Part shown: positions 9,893-18,210 of the stretch, one piece after another | Position numbering within the stretch: the stretch's first letter is position 1 | How the letters are laid out: every line of letters begins with the position of its first letter | Source: Bacteroidales bacterium | GTDB taxonomy: Bacteria; Bacteroidota; Bacteroidia; Bacteroidales; UBA7960 | Reading direction: 5' to 3' | DNA length: 60,138 bases | Assembly: GCA_003567625.1 (NCBI GenBank) | Contig: PWZB01000070.1 | Coordinates: forward strand, 1 to 60,138 | Translations under genes and position numbers: made by a program | The notes under the pieces: model-generated | What the model was told of the DNA's origin: nothing | Database searches by the model: none | What the model saw: the letters and a program-made list of their open reading frames with translations, nothing else

Positions 9893-10122
9893 ATCACTAC
9901 TGTCCGATTAAAATAAATTATACGAGCCTCAAAGCACCAAGAGACAACAAGAAACACAAAGCCAATAGTATTGATTGTCAATTCTTAGTGAATCGTGTCT
10001 TTGAGTCTCCTTTGTGGCATAAAAGAAACATAATTATTACCTTCAAATTGATCAAACTTTGCTAAATGCTTATTTATATGGAGATTCAAAAGTTTTAAAA
10101 ATTTTAATCGGACAGTAGTGAT
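9893..10122. repeat. Perfect 22-bp inverted repeat (ATCACTACTGTCCGATTAAAAT) bracketing a 186-bp segment
   Basis: The left arm is 9893-9914 and the exact reverse complement is 10101-10122. Nothing convincing is encoded inside. Confidence 0.9.
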
Positions 10123-10129
10123 AATCAAT

Positions 10130-10165
10130 AAAAAAACAGGAGGCGTATTTCATATTGCCTCCTGT
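10130..10165 (-). terminator. Rho-independent terminator on the minus strand
   Basis: The minus strand reads ACAGGAGGC-(12 nt loop)-GCCTCCTGT followed by TTTTTTT, giving a 9-bp GC-rich stem. Confidence 0.6.
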
Positions 10166-10487
10166 TCTATTATAACCACTAAAACAAAAACAACATTAAC
10201 CAAGAACCAATGAAAGCCATTAAAACTTTGCTGGCTTATTGTGCCACAATATACAATAAATTTTGTTTATTATAAAATTAAAATGACAATTTTTTAATAA
10301 AATCATCATATTTGATTAATATTCAGTACAAAAAGTTATTCATTTCTTTTTTTGTAAAGTGGTAAGGTTATTCAAAATTTATAATTTTATTGCCATTCAT
10401 TATTATATAATTCCGGCTTTTTAAAATTTTCCGTCATAAATGTTTATTCATAGATTCTTCAAAATGATAAAAAGTTATTTTTTTTAT

Positions 10488-10517
10488 TTTGATTTTTAAA
10501 AACAAATTGTAACTTTG
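10488..10517 (+). promoter_or_regulatory. Candidate Bacteroidota promoter (-33 TTTG / -7 TAACTTTG) for the M-box leader
   Basis: TTTG sits at 10488-10491 and TAACTTTG (TAnnTTTG) at 10510-10517, 18 bp apart and about 30 nt upstream of the aptamer. Confidence 0.5.
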
Positions 10518-10547
10518 CACCTTTAATTTCGTGTTTATTGCATTGGA

Positions 10548-10713
10548 ATTGCCTGTTAGGTGAGGCTACTTGCTGAACAAAGGCTGCTGCCCAAAAATGT
10601 CCACAGACGCCAATGGGTAGAACAGGCATTGCCGGATTAAGGCTTTGCATAAAGCAGCTTTCTGTATATTACAGGATACGTCAGCCAGAGCTAAAACTCA
10701 ACAAGGGGCAAAT
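10548..10713 (+). promoter_or_regulatory. M-box (ykoK leader) Mg2+ riboswitch aptamer
   Basis: It contains the signature blocks GUUAGGUGAGGCU, GCUGCUGCCCAAAAAUGUCC, AGACGCCAAUGGGU, AACAGG, AUUAAGGC and GCUAAAACUCAAC in the same order as the B. subtilis mgtE leader. It lies upstream of mgtE. Confidence 0.9.
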
Positions 10714-10753
10714 GTTGTTTAAGTTAAGCAACATTTAAGTGTGTAACATTTAA

Positions 10754-10778
10754 GCCCCTTCCCCGGAAGGGTTTTTTT
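10754..10778 (+). terminator. Intrinsic terminator of the M-box expression platform
   Basis: CCCUUC-CCCG-GAAGGG is followed by U7. The 5' arm overlaps GCCCCUU, which can alternatively pair with AAGGGGC (10704-10710), the 3' strand of aptamer P1. Confidence 0.75.
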
Positions 10779-10933
10779 GAAGAAACACATTTATATAATA
10801 TATCCTACCTGCCAGGCTTTTCCGGTATTTTTAGAATGCTTGTAATCTTTTATAGGCTTTAACAGCGGCATAAATTCTGCAAATTCAGGATATTACCTGT
10901 AGTTGCAGAACAGAAAATAAGAATTATATATTA

Positions 10934-11038
10934 TGTGACGGACAACGGATGACGGATTTGAGATTTGAGATTTGAGATTTGAGATTTGAGATTTGAGATT
11001 TGAGGCTTGTTGTTTGGTGTTAGAGGTTATCTTGTTAT
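10934..11038. repeat. Phase-locked heptamer tract of 15 units with a core (GATTTGA)x7 at 10955-11003
   Basis: The units read TGTGACG GACAACG GATGACG (GATTTGA)x7 GGCTTGT TGTTTGG TGTTAGA GGTTATC TTGTTAT in a single phase. Confidence 0.9.
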
Positions 11039-11154
11039 GATCCATGCCTTGCACTCAAATGCTTAAAACCTCATCTATCCTGCTCGTAGCTCAAAATACA
11101 TAATTTATTCATCACCGGTTACAACAAACTATAATCAGCGGAAAGGTGGGTGCT

Positions 11155-12555
11155 ATGATAAATGTAGATAAAGAACAAAAAAATCTTATAATAGAAGGAT
11201 TAATAAGGGCGCAGGAATGGGAAGCTCTTGTGGCGGTATTGAAAAAAATGCCGGTAATAGAAGTAGTTGATATCCTTGACAGCCTTGAGGATGATATTCT
11301 TTTGGATGTATTGGGGCTTTTCAGTAATGAAGAGCAGGGTTATATAGTTTCGGATTTTGACCGTGAAAAGCAGATGAAGCTGTTTAATATGCTTGACCGT
11401 AAATCATTTGCCGATATTTTCACTCATATGGCATCTGATATCCGTGCCGATTTATACCAGGAGCTTGATCGTGAGAAACAGTTGCAGTTATTGCCTTTTC
11501 TAAACAAAAAGACTCGTGAAGACGTAACGCATTTGAGCTCATATGATCCTGAAACCGCCGGCGGTATCATGAGTACCGATTTTGCTACTCTGCTTGAAGA
11601 TATGACTGCATCGCAGGCTATTGAAAAAGTAAGAAAAGACGCACCTTCAAATAAAATGATCTACTATCTGTATGTGGTAGATAATCAGATGAAGCTGAAA
11701 GGCTTCACCACTCTTAAAGATCTGATAATGGCTGAGCCCGATACGAAAGTTAAAGAGTTTTTGCAAACTGATTATGCTTTTGCCGAGGTGGAAGAGGACC
11801 GTGAAAGTGTTGCCTATAAAATAGAAAAATATGACCTTGTGGCTATACCTGTAATAAACCAGTTAAATCAACTGGCAGGTATCGTCCGCCATGATGAAGC
11901 AATTGATGTAATCAGGGCGGAGCAAACCGAGGATATGGAAAAATTTATGGGTATTCTGCCAGCCACAACAGAGGAGGAAGAGCTTAACTATATAGAGACC
12001 AAGCCTGTTTCGCATTTCAGAAAAAGGGTGGTTTGGGTTGCTATTCTTGCGGTTATGGGATTGCTGACCGGGATGGTCATTCACAGATTTGAAGATGCTA
12101 TAGCCTCATTGGTAATTCTTGCCTTCTACATGCCCATGGTTGCGGATACAGGTGGAAACACCGGCAGCCAGGCCGCAACAATAGTAATTCGTGCTATGGC
12201 TCTGGGGCAGATCAGACTTCAGCAATGGTTTAAAATATTGCTTAAAGAAGCAAGGATCAGCGTATTATTGGCGCTGGTAATAGGAATCATAACGTTCGGT
12301 AATGTTTTATTGCTTACAACGTTGTTCAATGTTCCAATACCGGGTGAACTCAACCTTGCTTTTGTCGGGACCGGCATCGCAATAGCTCTCAGCCTTCAGG
12401 TTATCTCGTCAACACTCATAGGCGCCAGCCTGCCCCTTATAGTAAGTAGGCTGGGTGGCGACCCGGCAGTAGCTGCCAGCCCGGCTATTACAACATTGGT
12501 AGATGCTACAGGATTGTTAATATATTTCAGCGTCGCCACAATCATGTTTTTCTGA
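11155..12555 (+). CDS. mgtE: Magnesium transporter MgtE
   Basis: It has an N-domain, CBS pair and 5-TM C-terminal domain (MPMVADTGGNTGSQAA). The ATG at 11155 is preferred over the GTG at 11146. An M-box lies upstream. Confidence 0.92.
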   Translation: MINVDKEQKNLIIEGLIRAQEWEALVAVLKKMPVIEVVDILDSLEDDILLDVLGLFSNEEQGYIVSDFDREKQMKLFNMLDRKSFADIFTHMASDIRADLYQELDREKQLQLLPFLNKKTREDVTHLSSYDPETAGGIMSTDFATLLEDMTASQAIEKVRKDAPSNKMIYYLYVVDNQMKLKGFTTLKDLIMAEPDTKVKEFLQTDYAFAEVEEDRESVAYKIEKYDLVAIPVINQLNQLAGIVRHDEAIDVIRAEQTEDMEKFMGILPATTEEEELNYIETKPVSHFRKRVVWVAILAVMGLLTGMVIHRFEDAIASLVILAFYMPMVADTGGNTGSQAATIVIRAMALGQIRLQQWFKILLKEARISVLLALVIGIITFGNVLLLTTLFNVPIPGELNLAFVGTGIAIALSLQVISSTLIGASLPLIVSRLGGDPAVAASPAITTLVDATGLLIYFSVATIMFF

Positions 12556-12729
12556 GATCATCATTACCAAAATTCAATCAGATGATTCAGTTATGGTTTC
12601 GGGTTTATGAAAATTATATTGACCGCAACAGTTGGAAAATACCGTTCAGATAATGCCGAGTATGCTGATTTTATGGATAAACCATGGCCGGTTGATAAAA
12701 TAATGATTAGCTTTGGGGTTTGATTTTTT

Positions 12730-13647
12730 ATGAAAGGTTTTATAAACGACTATTTAAGTATTATCCTGCTTATTGCCGCTTTTTCCGGGTTCTTTATTCC
12801 CTATCCCGGAAATTATGCTTCATATTTTATATTAGCATTTCTTTTTACCATAATCTTTGCATCTTGCTTTCAAATTGAATTGAAATCAGATATCATACGG
12901 GGAGAAGTAGCAAATGCGGTTTTGTTTACAGTTTTGAGGTTTATAATTATCCCTTTGGCCCTGTTTTTTGTGCTTCAATTTGTTTCACCGTTCTATGCTT
13001 TTTCATTGTTTTTTTTGTTGTTATTACCCTCTGCTGTTGCATCACCACCGCTCACTGCTTTAATCACAAAAAGAATTAATCTGTCCTTAATTATCCTTGC
13101 CTTGAGCAGCCTTGCAGCCACATTAACCATACCTGTGTTTGTTCCATGGGCATCGGAAGAAGTTGCAAGTGTTGATGCTACCGACCTTTTTCAAACAATG
13201 TTTATTACGGTTATATTGCCTTTTTTCCTCCATTTGCCTTTACGCAAAAAATTAAGAGTAAAAAACTGGATGATATCAAACCTGTCCTATATTACTGCGG
13301 TTTGTTTGTCATTGATACTCATTTTTGCGGTTGGCAAAAACAGGCAAACATTATTGCAACAGCCTGATATGGTACTTATGTTTGGATTAACAGCAATAGT
13401 TTTCTACACTGTTGTATTTGTGTTAGGATGGTTTATGATGCCTCCACGCAACTTTGAAAACAAAGTAACCTATTCCATTAGCTCCGGATTAAACAATATA
13501 GGTTTGGGAATATCCCTGGCAACAATTTATTTACCGCCACTAATAGCAGTTTTTTGCATTATGGCCCAGATTGCATGGATAATCTCACTTACTCCAATGA
13601 GATTGATAATGAAAAGGATCGGGAAAAGAGATATATTTAACGATTAG
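12730..13647 (+). CDS. Polytopic membrane transporter, possibly bile-acid:Na+ symporter (BASS)-like
   Basis: 305 aa with about 9-10 TM helices. The family assignment rests only on size and topology resemblance. Confidence 0.4.
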   Translation: MKGFINDYLSIILLIAAFSGFFIPYPGNYASYFILAFLFTIIFASCFQIELKSDIIRGEVANAVLFTVLRFIIIPLALFFVLQFVSPFYAFSLFFLLLLPSAVASPPLTALITKRINLSLIILALSSLAATLTIPVFVPWASEEVASVDATDLFQTMFITVILPFFLHLPLRKKLRVKNWMISNLSYITAVCLSLILIFAVGKNRQTLLQQPDMVLMFGLTAIVFYTVVFVLGWFMMPPRNFENKVTYSISSGLNNIGLGISLATIYLPPLIAVFCIMAQIAWIISLTPMRLIMKRIGKRDIFND

Positions 13648-13661
13648 ACAATTATCCCAAA

Positions 13662-15080
13662 TCAGCTTATGTTTTTGGCCAGCAGTCGTGGTTCCATCAT
13701 TTCGCGAATTGCATATTTTACTCCTTCACGGCCTTGCCCTGAATCTTTCACACCTCCATAAGCCATATGGTCAACCCTGAATATTGGTGCACTGTTTATT
13801 ATTATACCGCCGGCTTGTATGTTATTAAAAGCATAGTCTGCTTCATCCATTTGATTTGTAAAGACAGAAGCTTGTAATCCATATTTGCTGTTATTTACTT
13901 CACTAACGGCAGAGGCAAAATCTTCGTATGGTTCGACAGTAATGACAGGTCCGAATACTTCAAGGCAATTGACTTTCATGGAGGGTTTTGTATTTGTCAA
14001 TATTGTAGGTTCAAAGTAACTTCCTTTTCTTTTACCGCCGCAGATCAGTTTTGCACCCTCTTTCACAGCCTCCCCTACCCAATTTTCAACCCTGATGGCA
14101 TTTTCGTCATTGATCATTACTGTTATGTCGGTATCCGTCATTAAGGGAGAGCCAAATTTAAGTTTCCGGCTTTTATTTGCCATATCATTGATAAATGGCT
14201 TAAAGATTGATTGATGAACAAAAAATCTTTGCGCATGTATACATACCTGCCCCTGGTATGCAAAGCCTCCTGTAATACTTTGTTCAACGGCATGTTTCAG
14301 GTCGGCAGACGGGGTTATTATTGTACCTGCATTCCCTCCGAGTTCTAAAACAACTTTTTTCTTTCCTGCTTTTGCTTTCATTTGCCATCCTGCTTCCGGC
14401 GAACCTGTAAAGGAAAGCAGTTTAAATCTTGAGTCGGTAACCAGGTGATTGCCCGTTTTCCTTTCCATAGGCAAAATTGAAACGGCACCCTTGGGTAATG
14501 ACGTTTCGCTGATCAGTTGTGCAAGTTTTAAAGTTGATATTGGTGTTGAAGTTGCAGGTTTATGAATTATCGGGCATCCTGCGGCTATGGCAGGTGCAAT
14601 TTTATGCACGGCCAGGTTTAATGGGAAGTTGAAAGGGCTTATACCGGCTATAAGTCCTATGGGAAAATATTTTATAAGGGCTTCTTTATTTTTTGCATCA
14701 AGTGTCCAATCTAATCCCAGGTATTCGCGCGGCAGTCGTTTTGCCTCTTCGGCAGCCACAGAAAATGTTTGAGCTGCGCGGCGCACTTCACCGATAGCAT
14801 AACGTAGAGGCTTTGCAGCTTCATTTGCAATAATAACAGCAAATTCATTCTCATTTTCAGTAAGTTGAGCAGATATGTGAAACAGGGCTGCACTTCGCTG
14901 GTATGCCGGCAACTCTTTCAGCTCGTCTTGAACATCAAGAGCTTTTTTAATGGCTGTTTCAAGAATGCCTTCATCAGCAAGCCATGCTGTGGCAAATAAA
15001 GTATTGTCAAAAGGGCAATTTACAAACAGCTTTGAAGAACCTTCAATAAATTCCCCTCCTGCATAAATTTTATAATCCAT
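13662..15080 (-). CDS. NAD(P)-dependent aldehyde dehydrogenase family protein
   Basis: 472 aa with ELGGNAG and the catalytic Cys context (FAYQGQVCIHAQR). FTGSPEAG is also present. Confidence 0.88.
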   Translation of the reverse strand: MDYKIYAGGEFIEGSSKLFVNCPFDNTLFATAWLADEGILETAIKKALDVQDELKELPAYQRSAALFHISAQLTENENEFAVIIANEAAKPLRYAIGEVRRAAQTFSVAAEEAKRLPREYLGLDWTLDAKNKEALIKYFPIGLIAGISPFNFPLNLAVHKIAPAIAAGCPIIHKPATSTPISTLKLAQLISETSLPKGAVSILPMERKTGNHLVTDSRFKLLSFTGSPEAGWQMKAKAGKKKVVLELGGNAGTIITPSADLKHAVEQSITGGFAYQGQVCIHAQRFFVHQSIFKPFINDMANKSRKLKFGSPLMTDTDITVMINDENAIRVENWVGEAVKEGAKLICGGKRKGSYFEPTILTNTKPSMKVNCLEVFGPVITVEPYEDFASAVSEVNNSKYGLQASVFTNQMDEADYAFNNIQAGGIIINSAPIFRVDHMAYGGVKDSGQGREGVKYAIREMMEPRLLAKNIS

Positions 15081-15108
15081 AAAACTACTATTCTGAATAA
15101 TTATCGCT

Positions 15109-15765
15109 TTACCAAATTGTTCTCATCCTGTTGTCGAATGGTGATGACCGATAAAAGCCGGGTGATGAGTAAGGGCTGAATTGGTAAAAAGATGGGGAAT
15201 GTCCGGAGCGAAAGTTAAATTCGGCACCTATTCGCATGTTATTACTTATCCTGTAATCAAAACCCATTATCATACCTTTTGCATTAAGATCAAATGCTTT
15301 CTGATTCATTTGTAAATGCTGACCTAAGTTTGAGCTTTCAAAGTAAGCACCACCCATAAAAGTAAGATTTTCATTTATCCTGTAAAAGCCCAAAGCATAT
15401 GTCAGGTTGCTGTAAAAATTATCTTGTAAAAAAGATTGTTCATAAGAATTATCAAAACCATGAATCATAGTGTTTTGTTGAATTCCCGAAAAAGAAACAG
15501 ACGAAAAAACTGTTCCTGCTTGTATAGTAAAACGTTCGGATGCCGCCCAGTTTATCGAAGGTGCAATACTATGCATAAAAAATGAACTTCCTCCAAAACC
15601 GGTAGAAAAACTTGTTCCTAATCGTAAATCATAATTAAGGGAAGAATTATTATAAAAAAGCCCACTACCCGATGAGGGAAATAACTGTGATTGAACTTCT
15701 TTTGGAAAAAAGAAGCTAATAATCAGTGCAAATGTAATTACAACAATAATCTTTAATGACTTCAT
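15109..15765 (-). CDS. Hypothetical secreted/outer-membrane beta-barrel-like protein
   Basis: It has a signal peptide, a Gly/Ser/aromatic-rich alternating pattern and an aromatic C-terminus. Confidence 0.45.
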   Translation of the reverse strand: MKSLKIIVVITFALIISFFFPKEVQSQLFPSSGSGLFYNNSSLNYDLRLGTSFSTGFGGSSFFMHSIAPSINWAASERFTIQAGTVFSSVSFSGIQQNTMIHGFDNSYEQSFLQDNFYSNLTYALGFYRINENLTFMGGAYFESSNLGQHLQMNQKAFDLNAKGMIMGFDYRISNNMRIGAEFNFRSGHSPSFYQFSPYSSPGFYRSSPFDNRMRTIW

Positions 15766-15917
15766 ATCAATGCCAGTTTAATGTGTGTCTCGAGCAAATT
15801 TAAAAAAATGTTTGGTTTTTTGCAATACAAAGGTAAAATAATTTATCCTAAAATCAAATCAAACCACTTAATCTTAACTTAATATAATAACGTTTAAATC
15901 CGCTTATCCGTATAATT

Positions 15918-16862
15918 TTACAAAAAAGTGGAAAACTTAAAATGCGAGCTTATAGATTCATGGTTATGCACCTTGTGTATGACATCAGCAAAAAGTTTAG
16001 CTGTTGACAAGACTGTAACTTTTTCGCATGGTTTTTTGAGTGGAATTGTATCGGTTACGATAACCTCTTCAAAGACGCAGTTACTTATTGTATCGTATGC
16101 TTTACCTGAAAATACCGGATGAGTGCATACCGCCCTTACGCTTCGTGCTCCTTTTTCCATTATCATTTTTGCCGCTTTTGTGATTGAGCCGGCTGTGTCG
16201 ATGATATCATCTACCAGAACCACATCTTTATCTTTCACATCACCAATAAGCACCATTCTTTCCACTTCATTGGGTTTTGAGCGTTGCTTGTAGCAAATTA
16301 CAAGGTCGCAGTTTAGGAATTTGGCGTAAGCTGCGGCTCTCCTTGTTCCCCCGGTATCGGGTGAACCCATGACAAGATTTGGTAATGCTAATTTTTGAAT
16401 ATGTGGTATAAAAATTGAAGAAGCGTACATATGGTCAACGGGTACGTCAAAAAATCCCTGTATCTGGTCGGCATGCAGGTCCATTGTAATGACCCTGTTT
16501 ACCCCTGCTGCCATCAGCAAATTTGCCATAAGTTTTGCCCCTATTGAAACCCTGGGCTTGTCTTTCCTGTCCTGGCGTGCAAAACCAAAATAGGGTATGA
16601 CAGCCACAACCTGGTTGGCTGAAGCACGGCGTGCAGCATCAATCATAAGCAGAAGTTCCATGATGTTATCCGAAGGCGGAAAAGTGCTTTGGATAATGAA
16701 TACATCATTACCACGCAATGTTTCTTCAAAAGAAGGCTGAAACTCACCATCACTGAACTTTGATAATATCTCCTTCCCCAAAGGTTTACCATAATGGTCA
16801 GCTATCCTTTGCGCCAGGTAACCCGATGCCGAGCCTGCAAAAATGTTTACTACTGAACCCAT
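15918..16862 (-). CDS. prs: Ribose-phosphate pyrophosphokinase
   Basis: It carries the PRPP synthetase motifs (GFARQDRK, DLHADQIQGFF, VLVDDIIDTAGS). The ATG at 16862 (MGSVVNIFAG) is preferred over the extended ORF start at 16883. Confidence 0.92.
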   Translation of the reverse strand: MGSVVNIFAGSASGYLAQRIADHYGKPLGKEILSKFSDGEFQPSFEETLRGNDVFIIQSTFPPSDNIMELLLMIDAARRASANQVVAVIPYFGFARQDRKDKPRVSIGAKLMANLLMAAGVNRVITMDLHADQIQGFFDVPVDHMYASSIFIPHIQKLALPNLVMGSPDTGGTRRAAAYAKFLNCDLVICYKQRSKPNEVERMVLIGDVKDKDVVLVDDIIDTAGSITKAAKMIMEKGARSVRAVCTHPVFSGKAYDTISNCVFEEVIVTDTIPLKKPCEKVTVLSTAKLFADVIHKVHNHESISSHFKFSTFL

Positions 16863-17271
16863 ATAAATTGTTTTAATTTCCAATTAAATTATTCGCAAAC
16901 AAATTTAGAAATAATAATTTATTTTGATTGATTAATAATGAAAAAAGAATAAAATAAAATAAGGTCGGATATTTATTAAAAGGTGCTATATTCTTCACGG
17001 GACATTGCTTTGAAAAAGTACCTGCGGGGAAAAATGAAATCTCAAATATCAAATAACAAAACTCAGCCGGGCATGCCGGACAACGGGAGGCCACGACCGA
17101 AAGTAGTAACATTGCGAGCTCGTGAACACCTATTGACCACAACCAGGACAAAGTTTCCTAAGTGTTCACCCTGACTGTCTGATGTGAAGAATTACCCGTA
17201 ATTTTTCTTTGCCGGCAGCAAAGTAATGATTAAATTTGCATCATAAATCAAATGTTTTGTTTATTGAATAT

Positions 17272-17355
17272 GCCCGGGTGGCGGAATTGGTAGACGCGTT
17301 GGTCTCAAAAACCAATGGTAGAAATACCGTGCCGGTTCGATCCCGGCCCCGGGTA
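17272..17355 (+). tRNA. tRNA-Leu (anticodon CAA), class II with a long variable arm
   Basis: Manual cloverleaf: acceptor GCCCGGG/CCCGGGU, D arm GCG-GAATTGGTAGA-CGC, anticodon stem TTGGT/ACCAA with loop CTCAAAA, variable arm of about 15 nt, T arm GCCGG-TTCGATC-CCGGC. Confidence 0.93.
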
Positions 17356-17526
17356 CTTTACCAGGGCCTTTTGTAATCTTTTATGCAAAAGGCTTTTGCT
17401 TTCCGGTATTATTCCCGGTAATTGCAACTATATTGACAACCTTATGTAATAAACCTTTTAGCAAAAGCTTAAAAAATATTTAATAAACAATTATATTTGC
17501 AATCATAATCATTAAATCAAACTGCT

Positions 17527-18072
17527 ATGGAAAATATAGAAGACCAAAAACGTGCATCAGTCTGGAAGCCTGCTTTTCAATACGGGGTATTGGCGGGAAT
17601 TATTTTGATAGTTATTGCAATAGTTTACTATGTTGCCGGACAGCAACAACACTGGTCGTCCGGCATAATCAGCTACCTGGCTTTGCTTGTCGTTATTATT
17701 TACGGTTTAAAAACATATCGCGATGAACTGCTTGACGGATACATAAAATATGGAAGAGCCCTGGGGTTTGGGGTTCTGGTATCCTTATTTGCAGGTATTG
17801 TTTCCGGATTGTACACTTTTGCCCTTTTTAAGTTTATAAACCCCGATGCATTACAAACATTGCTTATTGATGCTGAACAAAAAATTATTGAAGCAAGTCC
17901 CGGTATAAGTGACAGGGAATTGGATATGGCTTTATCCTTTACAAGGTTTTTTATTAATCCATATTTCTTTTTTATTTCATCCTTGTTTTCTACAACTTTT
18001 TTCGGAACTATTTTTTCATTGATTGCTGCTGCTGTTTTTAAGAAAGAGAAGCCATCGGAAATGGTTGAATAA
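17527..18072 (+). CDS. Small 4-TM membrane protein (DUF4199-like)
   Basis: 181 aa. Its topology and size are typical of this Bacteroidota family. Confidence 0.5.
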   Translation: MENIEDQKRASVWKPAFQYGVLAGIILIVIAIVYYVAGQQQHWSSGIISYLALLVVIIYGLKTYRDELLDGYIKYGRALGFGVLVSLFAGIVSGLYTFALFKFINPDALQTLLIDAEQKIIEASPGISDRELDMALSFTRFFINPYFFFISSLFSTTFFGTIFSLIAAAVFKKEKPSEMVE

Positions 18073-18210
18073 TTATAAGTTGTGAGTGGTTAGTTTGTGA
18101 ATTACAAGTATAGTGGCAGCTTCAGGATAATAACCGGGCCTTGGGGGTACATTTTCATAGCCATCGTCGATAGTTTTGCTGCAATTGTTAAAAATTCGGA
18201 TATAGCTCAG

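Noticed and set aside
9787-10065. 92-aa ORF inside the inverted-repeat element
   Set aside because: The translation is low-complexity, it overlaps the yjbQ start region and the IR arm, and it shows no coding-like features.
10459-10650. 63-aa minus-strand ORF
   Set aside because: It lies antisense across the M-box aptamer, and the conserved RNA motifs explain the sequence.
12607-12723. 38-aa ORF (MKIILTATVGKYRSDNAEYADFMDKPWPVDKIMISFGV) between mgtE and the transporter gene
   Set aside because: It could be a real small protein or the remnant of a larger gene's N-terminus. There is no supporting signal, so it was left uncalled.
16873-17174. ORFs of 92 aa (minus) and 63 aa (plus) between prs and tRNA-Leu
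   Set aside because: They overlap each other in a GC-rich structured spacer and their translations are not protein-like. The region is treated as a candidate RNA instead.
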